This document shows, piece by piece, positions 12,265-23,894 of a DNA stretch of 64,000 nucleotides. Every line of letters starts with the position of its first letter. Positions within the stretch are counted from its first letter, which is position 1. This DNA comes from Cetorhinus maximus (Eukaryota): the NCBI RefSeq assembly GCF_964194155.1, contig NC_135881.1, positions 150,536,001 through 150,600,000 on the forward strand, read 5' to 3'. The notes under the pieces were generated by a model. It saw only the letters and a list, made by a program, of their open reading frames with translations. It was not told the DNA's origin and ran no database searches. The translations under genes were made by a program, and so were the position numbers.

Positions 12265-14410
12265 TGTAACCCATATAAATAGACTAGGACTGTGGCTGTT
12301 GTGTTTGGAGAGATGCATGCCTATAATGTGTAACTCTGCAAATAAATATAAAAGTGAATAAAGGCTGGCTCCAATTCTATCCTTCACTAACTGGCTCTCT
12401 GGAATAGAACATGGTAGTAGAGAATGATAACCTAAAGGTGAATGTTGGAAGCCAAGGCAAAAAGCAGACAGAAAACTACAATCCTAGTAGACATTCTGGA
12501 ACATGGAAGGAAACAAGCACTAATTGTCGAGGAACAATTACCCTCCAATATTTTCGGAGTCTGACCAGTGGAAGAATAAAATGAATATGTGGGCATAAGT
12601 TACTACTAAAGACGAAACAGCGTATGGCCTTGATGTTGTCATTTCCTACAAGAAGTAAATTCAAAAGTAATGTATTTTGTGAGCTGGATGCCTAACAGTT
12701 GTGGTGAAGGATTGGAAGACATTTATAAGAAAGATGATCTGCTATGCCTATAATTTGCTATGCTCTGCCTATGATGCATTGTCAGGCCTTGATAGATTTC
12801 GCAAAACAGATGGCCATTCCAAGCAAGAGTATATTGTGGACTTTAACAAATCATACAGTCGTTTGACAACTTTCAATGGGGATCCCTGAATCAGTATTAG
12901 TAGTTAAATTGCTCAATTGTGCTAAGATGTCTCTTATGGGCAGGTACCTGGTTCAAACTGGTGTTTGGTTATAAGAGAAGGAGACCCAGTTGGATCAGAT
13001 GCCTGCCGCCTTGAAAAAAATCCTTGTGAAACAATAATTTTCTTCAGTCTTTGTAGAACAAAAGAACACCATGGACCTGTTCCATGGTAACACTGAGCAT
13101 AGAGGACTCAATTATTTCTTGATTTTGAAATAGTCCAGATACTGGATGCAAGCATTAATACAATTGAAGGATTAAAGACAGGCAAGATAAGATGAAAACA
13201 GTTGGGTGACCATTACAGCAGATGACAGATTTGGAACAGCAATAACAGGTTAATGAATCTCATGAAGGCCAAAGAACAGATAATAACTGCTTCAGATGTG
13301 ACTCAAAGTGTCATTCTTCAATGTTTGATAAATAAATCACAAGAATTGATCACAAGAAATTTTAATCCTGTGATGATAGTAGTCATGGACTCCTTTAACT
13401 ATGTGGTGCTAGATAGTACTTACATTTTGGCAATATGTGGAACAAATAGGTTAAAATGTTAGCTTGATTCATCAAGTTTCACTAAGTAGAGAGGATCGAT
13501 GCAAGGTTAAGGAATATTAAAGTACCACTTGCTTTAAGTTTGGTGACAGCAATTTATTGAGGTCACTAAAGAGAGCCCTATTTCTATACAAAATAGCTGG
13601 AGTAAACCATTTTATAACTACTGATTCCATTTCTAGTGAGAATGAAAAAGGCACAAATAAAACTTGATATGGAACATACTTAATTCCTTCTTGGCCATCA
13701 CAGAAAGATGATGTTGTATCAAAAGAGAGGAAAGAGCTATTGTGAATCTGAATTGGTCAGTTAACTCATTGTTCACTCAGACTAGACCAGATGTTAATTT
13801 TGATGCATTGGAGTTAGCACCACAATAAAACAACCTAACGTCAAGAATGTTTGAAGGGCAAATAATGCTTTAAAAAAATTAAATCTGGATAAGTCTGTAC
13901 TTTAAGTTTCTCTCCTGGGGTAACATAACGAGCATGAAATTAGTCATTTTTAGCAAAGCTTCACATGCTAGTCTTCCTGATGGCTATTTTAGTGCAGTGG
14001 ATGTCATAATATTTCTTATAGGTAAAAGTGAGAAATGCTGTCCTTTAACTTTGGGAAGCTAAGAAAATGAAAGAATTGTTAAAAGTGCTTTGGCTGCTGA
14101 AACACTAGATATTGTGAAGGCAGTGGATATGGGATTCTATTTGTTAAACATTTTAAATGAGCTCTTGTAGAATAGGTAGACTGAAGATGGTATACTCATT
14201 GATTGTCATGTAAATAATCATTCATTGTGGGATAATGTACACTCTATGAAAAGTTTGAATGAGAATCGTTAGGATTGACCTTCTGGCTTGAAACAAATGC
14301 TGGAGAGAAAGGAAATGTCTAAAATTAAAGTATGGATGCAATTTGTAAACTGTGTGATTAACATAAAGAAATGCTGGTACAAAGAAATTGTTAGGAGTCT
14401 TGGAGGGTGG
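12265..14410 (+). mobile_element. Degenerate Copia (GalEa-like) LTR retrotransposon, internally deleted
   Basis: Short LTR TGTAAC...AGAACA (12265-12411); PBS TGGTAGTAGAGAATG resembling tRNA-iMet complement; gag-like SAYDALSGLDRFRK...EYIVDFNK; protease-like VVLDS; RNase H-like RIVKSALAAETL. Confidence 0.7.
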
Positions 14411-14414
14411 GGTT

Positions 14415-14530
14415 ATTATGACATTGGTCTTTTTGGGAGTTTGCTGTGCACAAATTAGCTGCCACATTTCCTACTTTACAACAGTGACTACACTTCACAA
14501 GTATTTCATTGGCTGTAAAGTGCTTTGAAC
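14415..14530 (+). mobile_element. DeuSINE 3' fragment
   Basis: TTTGCTGTGCACAAATTAGCTGCC...ATTGGCTGTAAAGTGCTTTG matches the tail of the full SINE copies. Confidence 0.7.
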
Positions 14531-14534
14531 GCAA

Positions 14535-14716
14535 GGCTAGCATTTCATTTGCCTTCCCAATTATTTGGTGTACCTACTTGTTAATGTTTTATGTTTAATA
14601 TATGAGGACACCCAGGTCCCTCTGTACCATGGTATTCTTCAGTCTCTCTCCATTTAAATAATATGTTCCCGTTCTATCCTTCTACCTAAATAGATAATCT
14701 CAAACTTCCTACATTA
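14535..14716 (-). mobile_element. CR1 LINE fragment
   Basis: GGACACCCAGGTCCCTCTG...TCTCTCCATTTAAATAAT is the reverse complement of CR1 sequence at ~115-240. Confidence 0.7.
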
Positions 14717-16119
14717 TGGCCTAGATTTTCATCCCCTAGGTGGGTAGGTGGAGTCAGGAAAATTCCTGGCTCGGATCCACCCACCTCGAGAGAAGTGCCT
14801 GCAGAGACAAGATTTTCATTGCTGGGGGATTGAGGGTGGCTGGAATCGGGCCAACCCAGGAAGAAGTGAGGAGGCAGCCCTGGGGCCTGCCTTGGTGCTG
14901 TGGGGCTTTGTTCCAGCTAAAACAAAAAACACAAAGGCCCTCCATCCCTCCTTCACCCTCCAAACACTCCCTATGCTCCATCCATGCCACCTCAGGGCCC
15001 CCACCCACCTCCCATGCCACCTATCCCAAACTCTGCCCCTCTACCCACCCCAATGGCCCCTCATACGCCCAGATATGGCTCTTCCATACCCATTGACCCA
15101 CTCTACACTTTCTAGAACCAATGAACCCTAGAGTGTACAGTGGGAAGGGTAGAAAAATGCTTTTAAAAAAGTAATTCATTGAGAACTTTCTCCTATGTTT
15201 GAAAGGTCTGAGCTACAAGTTAATAAAAGTGTCAATCATCCAGACCCTTTGAAACACTATGAAACTGATAGCAGAGATCAGAGAGCTTGAGCTGTCAATC
15301 AATTTCCTCTGGGGAGCAGATCTTCTCATATTCTAATAGCCGCCTGAGCTCTCAACCAAGAATACATAATGAGGCTTGGCCATCAGTAACCGGTTTTATG
15401 CATTCCAGGTCCACTGACTGGAAGATCCTGGATATACCTATGGCAGAGCCCTCGAAGGACCCAAAGGCAAGATAGTTGAGTTTGGCCATCTCTCTGACAG
15501 CTACTGGTATTGTGTGGCTACCAGCAGGCTACAGGTTTTCTTTTACCACCATCTGATGCAATAATCTTAGCCTCCTGAACATTTGCTGTTCCAACATGTC
15601 AAGTAAACTCAGCCTCTGGCTAAACACACTGTGTCACAATTAGTGCCACCCCTCTGCTGCTCCCCCTGTGGTAATTATGGTCTTATTTGATGTGCATTAT
15701 ACCTTTAAGAAGAATGTTATTAAGGAAGATCACATGATCTTAGTGTCCAATAGGAGGATAGTGTGGGCTCCCTCCGTAGTTAATGGTTGGTAGTGTAGAG
15801 ATAGAGTTTAAAGTGAAAGCACATGTTTAGTTGCTGCTGAGTACATTTGTAAATAAACTAAAAGTTTCCCACCTGAGAAGTGTGTGCTGATCAACTCCAT
15901 AAATAGTACCAACTCGCCCATCACTCACAACAAACTGGCGATGAAGATCCACAGGATCTAACAAACTGGTGACGAGGATCTACAAGACTCAACAAACTGG
16001 TGACGAGGATGAAACAAGTTTAACAGAAGAAATCAAAAGAGGTGAAATTGGCGCTGTACATCGCACATTAATTGTCAGTAGAAGCACCGTTCAAATCGAC
16101 GAAGTAATTCCCTCACAGA

Positions 16120-17240
16120 ATGCTGTAATTCAGAAGAATTGATCCTTTTGATCCAGCAACAGAAGACTGGTCTCACTACTTGGAACGTCTCACATTCTTT
16201 TTCCAAGCAAATGCGATTACGAGGGAAGAGAAGTTACAGGAGATTCTCTTAAGTACATGGCTTGATTCGAAGTTTGATGGCACTCAGTGCCCCAAATTCG
16301 AAAACTTTTTATGAATTGATGGACCTTGTGAAGGGTCATTATCAACCAAAGCCCTCAGTAATGATGCAAAGGTTCAAGGTTAACTCGAGAAATAGAGCCC
16401 CGCGGGAGACAGCCGCATGCTATGAGGCAAGTTTGAAGTAATTAATGGAACATTGTGAGTTTGGTACTTCCCTAAACAATATGCTTAGAGATTGTGAATG
16501 AGGACATGATTCAGAAGTGATTGTTATTTGAAGCAAATTTGGATTTCAAGAAGGCATTAGAGATAGCATTGGTAATGGAAAATGCAGAAAGAGATTCAAA
16601 AGCCATACAGGGCACGCAAAATGGAGCTGTCCTCCACGTCAGCTGGGATGCCCCAACCAAAAAGGGCACAAAATACATGCCGAGAAGCAGGAAAATGAGA
16701 AAAAATGACTTAGCAGCAAAAACAAGGAATAATTTCAATAGAGATGGAAACAGGCAGTCTTTTGATGATTGGCAGTTTAAAAAAAATAGAATGTTTTTAT
16801 TATCATGGTAATGGGCAGATAATGAGACAGTGCAAGGAAAGAATCAAGCAGACTTTTAAACAAAAGAAAAAACACAGTGAGATCTACAATGTAGAAGATC
16901 CTGAAACAACAAATTCAGATATTTACTCATTGTTTAATTTGAAGGTTGGAAAGACAGAACCAATATATGTAACAGTGAAAGTGAATGGTAGAGCTGTTAG
17001 AATGGAAGTGGACACAGGAGCTTCCACTACAGTAATTGGTGAACAGACCTTCAAATGTCTGAATAATTTAGGATAATTAAATTTAGAAGAAACAACTGCC
17101 CAATGAAAACATACACCAGTGAAGACAAAGGCAGAAGCAGAGTAAAAGTCTATTATGGAAGCCAAACGGCAAAGCTACCAGTATTAGTATTGAGAGGCAG
17201 AGGACCAAGCCTTCTCAGGCAAAACTGGCTCAAGGAATCA
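16120..17240 (+). pseudogene. Gypsy gag and aspartic protease (frameshifted)
   Basis: IDPFDPATEDWSHYLERL, LDFKKALEIALVMENAERD, degenerate zinc knuckle CFYYHGNGQIMRQC, protease MEVDTGASTTVI. Confidence 0.85.
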
Positions 17241-17289
17241 GCCTTGAGTGGCCACTGAGATTCCAAAAGGAAGCTGGAAGCATTTTGTT

Positions 17290-17710
17290 TTGGAGTGTGT
17301 AAAGACTCAGCAACCTGAAGAAACACAGGCTGTCTTAAGCCAAAACATGGTAGAACAGGAGAAGGAACTCAAGGACACTATGCTTGATGACAGAGTTCAT
17401 GATGAGGTGAGAAATCTTCGAAAGGATAAAGAAAACCTGCTGAAAGACCTTCACATGCTACAAGATTCCCTCAGGTCTAAGTTTGTACCTCTGGAAAAGT
17501 CTGAAGAGAAACAGAAAGAATTCAGCACTTCTCTGAATAAACTGAAGAATGAGTTGGCAGAAAAGTACAACAATGCTCAATTTTCCAGGAGGCAGCAAAC
17601 AAATACAAAGAAGAGATGAAAGAGCTGAATAATCAGCTACATGAAGCCAAAAAGGCTTTGGAGGCAAAAGTCGTGGAATTTTCTAAGCAGGCAGATGATA
17701 AAATTTTAGG
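17290..17710 (+). pseudogene. Non-retroviral coiled-coil segment resembling UACA/RAI14/ANKRD24-family proteins, at the RT position
   Basis: ORFs 17248..17619 and 17616..17801: EKELKD...EVRNLRKDKENLLKDLHMLQDSLRSKFVPLEKSEEKQKEFSTSLNKLKNELAEKY; no RT motifs. Similarity is recalled, not searched. Confidence 0.55.
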
Positions 17711-17869
17711 AGACTCAACCGTTGAGTTCACTCAAGTCGGACTTGCACCTGAGAGTAGTCTGGCCAATATTGAAGCCAATAGAAAAGAAGGGCAAGATTA
17801 AAGTCAGTGCTGGGAAGAGGAAGGCACGTATAAAGAAGGCACAGAAACACAAATAAGTCTTTAATCCTG

Positions 17870-19085
17870 GCAGCATATGAGTATACTTTTGTACATAGGC
17901 CTGGCAGTCAAATTGCAAACGCTGACACACTTAGTCATTTGCCTTTATGAGAAAATGATGAGGAAGCCCCAGTTCCCCAGGAACTTGTTTTATTGTTAAT
18001 TTCCTTAGATTCCTCACCAGAATGCGCTCAACAGATCAGAGATTGGACAAGTTGGGGCCCAGTCCTATCCAAAGTATGAGAACAAGTACTTCACGCTTGG
18101 TCACAAGAGCCTGTATCTGATGAAATGAAATCATACTCAACAGAAGACATGAAATAACCAGCCAGGATGGCATCTTATTGTGGGGAACACGAGTGATAAT
18201 AGCTCCAAAGGGAAGAGGGCCATTGCTAATTGAACTACACAGCACACATCCAGGAATGTCCCGAGTGAAGACCATAGCACGCAGCTACCTATAGTGGCCT
18301 GGGATGGATGGTGAAATGGAGAGTTTAGTGAAGAATTGTGTGCGATGTCTGCAACTGCAAAAGTTACTTCAACAGCTCCGTTACACCCTTGGGAGTGGCA
18401 AGGAAAACTGTGGTTGCGGTTACACATTGATTATGTGGGATCTTTCATGGGAATAATGTTTCTGCTCATTGTTGATGCCCAATCAGAATGGATGGACATA
18501 TATGAGGTGAAGTCAACAATATCTTCTGCTACAATTGAGAAGTTACGTCAAAGTTTTGCCATTAACAGATCACCAGAAGTGGTCGTTTCTGATAACGACA
18601 CGGCATTTATGAGTGCTGAGTTTTAGCGGCTTATCAACCTCAATGGTATCACTCATGTAAAAACTTCATCGTACCACCCTTCCTCGAATGGACTGACCAA
18701 AAGGGCGGTTCAAACATTCAAGGCAGGCATGAAGAAGCTAAACGGAGATTCCCTAGCAACCAAGCCAGCACACTTTCTTATCCCGTACAAGACCACCCCT
18801 CACCCAATCACAGGTGTCACACCTGTACAGTTATTGATGAAACACCAAATTTAGGGGGGATGGTGGAAAGGAGCCAGGGAAGTCAGAAACTAGACACGAC
18901 TGGCATCATGGTGAGAGAAAATTTAGCGTGGGAGAAACAGTATACGTGAAGAACTTTGGAGAAGGACCAAAATGGTTACAGGGTGAAATAACTGCAGTGA
19001 CTGGACCTCTATCTTACCACGTGGAGGTGGAAGGCTGAGTCATATGGAGATATTTGGATCATCTAAGGAAGAGAGAAATGAATCA
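17870..19085 (+). pseudogene. Gypsy RNase H C-terminal tail and integrase (frameshifted)
   Basis: HRPGSQIANADTLSHLP; HHCC region LHSTHPGMSRVK...CVRC; core LHIDYVG...IVDAQSEW...VVSDND; YHPSSNG. Confidence 0.88.
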
Positions 19086-20151
19086 CCAAGAAGTGATTCC
19101 ACTAGTGTTCACGACCAGGTCAGTGTTTCCTGTTGAGAGAACTCCACTGAGTACAGACAAATCTGATATTCCTTCAAGAGTGGAGGATACAGATCTGCAG
19201 TTACCCGCCAAAGCACCTGATGTTTGGGTAACTCAGAAAAGGAGGTTCCTGACAAAGCACCTGTAGTTGTAGAGCTGAGTTGCCCTACGTGCATAATGAA
19301 ACCCCCAGAAAGTCTAAATTTGTAAATTACTTATCAGTGTAAATATTTTGCTACTTTGAGAAAATTGTAATTGTAAATGTAAAATGTATTTCTGAGTATA
19401 GGGGGAGGGATGTGGTAATTATGGTTTTATATTAAAGGTAATATACCTTTAAAAAGAATGTTATTAAGGAAGATCACATGATCTTAGTATCCAATAGGAC
19501 AGTAGCGTGGGCTAACTCAGTAGTTAGTAGTTGGCAGTGTAGAGATAGAGTTTGAAGTGAAAGTACATGTTTAGTTACTGCTGAGCACTTTTGTAAACAA
19601 ACTATAAATTTCCTACCGATAAAGTGTCTGCTGATCAACTCTATCAATAGTACCAACTTTCCCAACACTTACAACAAACTGGTGATGAGAATCCATAGGA
19701 TCCAACAAACTGACGATGAGGACCTACAGGACTCAACACCCCTCTGCTGCTGCCCTTTCTCCCATATTCATTTGTGGGTCTCTTAACAGCAAGCTGCTGC
19801 TGCTGCTAGAGTTGGTGCTGGTCCCTTGCCTGAGGTACTATCTAAGGCAGCCAAAGTGCTATTCATCCTTCTATGATTCATAAAACCTCCAAAGTATAGA
19901 AATTAAACTCTTGGCAGAAGTATTGTGCAACAACACCTTCCCACTAGCTGGTAAGAAAGCAGTTGTGAGTACTGAGCATTATTACAGCATATCTATAAAT
20001 TGGTACTAGCCCCCTCTATTGCCATTGTGTTGGTTTGCTTTGCAAGTTTTACAAAGCCTACAAACCCCACGAATGCAACATTAAAATTAAAACTGTGTTG
20101 AAATATTGCTTCAATTAAGCAATTACCATACATTAATAGACAACCCACATC

Positions 20152-22082
20152 TTTTTTTTTTGTAAAAATATACTTTATTCATAAAATATCTTCAATCACA
20201 TTCCAAACCATTTCAAAAACAACATTACAAGGGTACAATCCAGGTTACACTTTTACAAGATGTATCACCAGGTGCATCAGTACAAACAATATTACAATCA
20301 TTTACAGCCTTTCATTTTGATCTGTACAGCCCGAGGGGCTCTAAACAGTTCCCAGTCTCTCGGTGCGCTGTGGTAGAAAGGTCTTAGACAGCGACCCTTC
20401 CCCATTGCGCCTTTGCGGCAGCTGCCCCAAGCTTTAGTGCGTCCCTCAGCATGTAGTCCTGGACTTTGGATTGTGCCAGTCCGCAACAATCGGTCGGGGA
20501 CAACTCTTTGTGCTGGAAGACCAACAAGTTTCGGGCAGACCAAAGCGCGTCTTTCACCGAGTTGATGATCCTCCAGCTGCAGTTGATGTTTGTCTCGGTG
20601 TGTGTCCCTGGGAACAGCCCATAGAGCACAGAGTCCTGTGTCACAGAACTGCTCGGGATGAACCTCGACAGCAACCACTGCATCTCTCTCCAGACTTTCT
20701 TTGCAAAGGCACAATCCACAAGGAGGTGAACAACGGTCTCTTCCCCACCACAGCCACCTCGAGGGCAACGTGCAGAGGGGGTGAGCCTCCTGGCGTGTAG
20801 GAAGGATCTGACGGGGAGGGCCTTTCTCACCACCAGCCAAGCTACGTCTTGGTGCTTGTTGGAAAGTTCTGGCGATGAGGCATTCTGCCAAATGACTTTG
20901 ACAGTCTGCTCGGGGAACCATCCCACAGGGTCCACCCTCTCCTTTTCCCTCAGGGCCTCTAGGACGTTACGTGCTGACCACTGCCTGATGGACTTGTGGT
21001 CAAAGGTGTTTTTCTGCATAAATTTTTCCACCAGGGACAGGTGGTACGGCACGGTCCAACTACTTGGAGCGTTCCGCGGCAGCGTGGCCAGACCCATCCT
21101 TCGCAACACCGGGGACAGGTAGAACCTCAGCACGTAGTGACACTTGGTGTTTGCGTACTGAGGGTCTACGCACCGCTTGATGCAGCCACACACAAAGGTG
21201 GCCATCAGTATGAGGGCGATGTTGGGCACGTTTTTTCCCCCTTTATCTAGAGGCTTGTACATCGCGTCCCTGCGGACACGATCCATTTTCGACCTCCAGA
21301 TAAAGCGGAAGATGGCTCGAGTGATCGCCATCGCGCAGGAGTCTGGAATGGGCCAGACCTGCGCCACGTACAGCAACAGCGAGAGTACCTCACACCTGAT
21401 GACCAGGTTCTTTCCCGCAATGGAGAGGGAGCGTCGCTCCCACATGCCCAGTTTCCTTTTCACCATAGCCACTCGCTCCTTCCAGTTTCTAACGCATGCC
21501 CCGGTCCCTCCGAACCATATCCCCAGCACCTTCAGGCCGTCAGCCCTGACAGTGAAGGGGACAAAGGATCGGTCAGCCCAGTTCCCAAAGAACATGGCCT
21601 CGCTCTTCCCACGATTTACCTTGGCTCCCGAGGCCAGTTCGAACTGGTCGCAGATGTGCATCAGTCTGCGCACCGACAGCGGATCCGAGCAGAAGACGGC
21701 GACGTCGTCCATGTACAGGGAGGCTTTTACCTGAGTGCCTCCACTGCCTGGGATCGTCTCTCCTCTTATGCCCGGATCCTTCCTGATGGACTCGGCAAAG
21801 GGTTCTATGCAACACACGAAAAGGACAGGCGAGAGAGGACAGCCCTGCCTGACTCCAGATTTGATCGGAAAGCTATCTGTTTCCCACCCATTGATTGAGA
21901 CTGCGCTACTGATGTTAGTGTAGAGCAGTTGGATCCAATTTCGAATTCCCTCCCCAAACCCCATTTTGGAGAGCACATCCCCCATGTAGGTGTGCGATAT
22001 TCTGTCAAAGGCCTTCTCCTGATCCAAGCTGATGAGGCAGGTATCCACACCCCTGTCCTGTACATAGGCAATCGTATCCCTG
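20152..22082 (-). mobile_element. Tx1/L1-clade LINE, 5'-truncated, young
   Basis: Poly(A) tail; perfect 16-bp TSD AGACAACCCACATCTT (20138-20153 and 22083-22098); uninterrupted ORF2 fragment. Confidence 0.95.
20384..22082 (-). CDS. Tx1-like ORF2 C-terminal part (RT and zf-RVT), 5'-truncated
   Basis: LDQEKAFDRISH, GVRQGCPLSP, LYMDDV, CPRGGC...ETVVHLLVDC. Confidence 0.9.
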
Positions 22083-23544
22083 AGACAACCCACATCTTCT
22101 GAGGAGGTTGCACACAACCTGCCTAACCTGTTCGAGTTAAAAGCATGTGTTTGAGGTTTGAACTGGCTTTCTGACCCACTTACATTTTTGCCAGACTTAC
22201 TGTCTCACCCTGCCACCCACACCCAAACCCATGTGCTCCCCCAGGTTAAAATTACATTCCTTCCATCCTATCTATGCCACTTGGAATGGGAAGTACAGGC
22301 AGACATAGGGCTCTGTCTATCTCTATGTCCCCTGATGATTTACGGCTCCTTAGGCAAATGAGAAATTGTTAGAAATGGTGGATAATTGGCCTTTACCAGG
22401 AGAACTCCATTGATTTCCTGCTGAAGTAACAGTGGAAAAGTAGACGAACTTCTGAGTTTGTGATTGATGTTATATTTCTGGTGTTAAAGGATAAGAGTTG
22501 TATGATTGCCCCACTTTCTTTTTCAATTCCACACAATATTCATTGGCTGGCGGATGTCCACTATATTTATTTAACTGCTTAAATCAGAAATGAAGTGACA
22601 GTGTGGCTAATATGAAAAAATAATTTAAATGTCTACCTAACACAAGTAGTAAATCAATTCTACAATATCACTGAAAATTGAATGGTATCATTTTTATTAT
22701 GATATACAGGATACTGTTACTTTGATCTTACATCTTGTAATGGATTGCATTTATAAACTAAGTAGATTATTTTTAAAATGAAAGCATTTTACTCCACAAT
22801 GTATGTTCTTAACATGTAGATGATGAAGTATAATTAAAAGATATTCATCAAAATGATTCGAACTATAAAAGAAATTTTCTTCAGAGCTTGTGTTTTATTC
22901 TAGCACATTTTCAAGCTACAGTGGAAGGTCAGAAGAAAGCACAACTAGGAACAGAAGCAATAAATAATTTGTGCTGTGAAGTGATGTGTTGCCAAGAACA
23001 AAATGCATCATTTTTTCTTACAGTGACAATTTATATTTTGCATATAAATAAAACATTAAGCATGCTGCAAATACTGTAATTCCCAGTGAAGGAGAGTAAG
23101 ATTAGATTACCTTCCGTATGAATGGCCTTTCTTATCCTTTGAAAAATAGTCTACCTTCATCCACCTTCATGTACATATAAGGTAGAAATGACAACTCATC
23201 AGCAAATTATGTGGGGGTAATGTCCCTCCGAGAAAATAACTTCTCCACCTGTCTCCCTTTGTATTCTGAATAACAGTGGGGAAGGAGCATTGAGACCCAA
23301 AAAACATTTAAGGGGAGTTTGCCACATTTAAGAGGATGCTTGATGCATATATGAGGGAGCAGGAAATATAGGGATATGGGCGCATGGTGGATACGGGTAT
23401 TTAGACCGGGAAGAGACTCATGCTGAATATGAATAACAGTCAGGTCAGGTGGGACGAATATCTTGCATCTACGCTACAGAACCAAATGGCCTAATCTTAA
23501 CTGTGAGATGAGCTGAGATTCGGCGGACTGATATCTTTGCCGCT

Positions 23545-23690
23545 CCCCTCCCTGCTGCTCCTCTCTCTGCTGCCCCACTCTCTTCTGCTCCTCACTCTGC
23601 CTCTCCTTTTTGTACTGCTCCTTTCTCTGCTGCTTCTCTCTCTGCCCCTCCTCTCTCTGCCCCTCCTCTCTGTGCTTCTCCTCTCTCTGT
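23545..23690 (+). repeat. Pyrimidine-rich ~15-bp minisatellite (CTCTCTCTGCYNCTC)
   Basis: Roughly ten degenerate tandem units are visible. Confidence 0.8.
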
Positions 23691-23894
23691 CTGAAGCTAT
23701 TGGTACCTGATCATTAGGTTGCTGCATGTGCTGTTGCTGGTGATCTTGGTCCTCATCTAAGGTGCAATGTAGGGCAGCAATAGTGGCACCAGTCCTTATC
23801 TAATAGATCAGATCTCCCATCTGTCAGTCAATCTTTCAAAGATTGTAAAGTGATGGATGATGTCGTCGCCATTGAATTCCCAACCTCTGATATT

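Larger units (their letters stand above)
15667..19738 (+). mobile_element. Gypsy (Mag-like) LTR retrotransposon with two LTRs, RT-less and decayed
   Basis: LTRs 15667-15994 and 19411-19738 (TGTGG...CAACA); CCCC on both flanks; PBS TGGTGACGAGGATG (tRNA-Ser GCT type); PPT AGGGGGAGGGA; gag, protease and integrase remnants. Confidence 0.93.

Noticed and set aside
14718-15330. Another MITE-like element (GGCCTAGATTTT start, C-rich core)
   Set aside because: No matching second terminus or TSD could be located.
15930-16011. CRISPR-like repeat-spacer array
   Set aside because: Eukaryotic LTR context, no cas genes, only three units, and the repeat matches a tRNA PBS.
20298-21923. Overlapping and antisense ORFs (20298-20921, 21177-21734 and others)
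   Set aside because: Shadow frames of the GC-rich Tx1 ORF2.
23497-23727. RS-rich protein ORF
   Set aside because: Translation of a 15-bp minisatellite.
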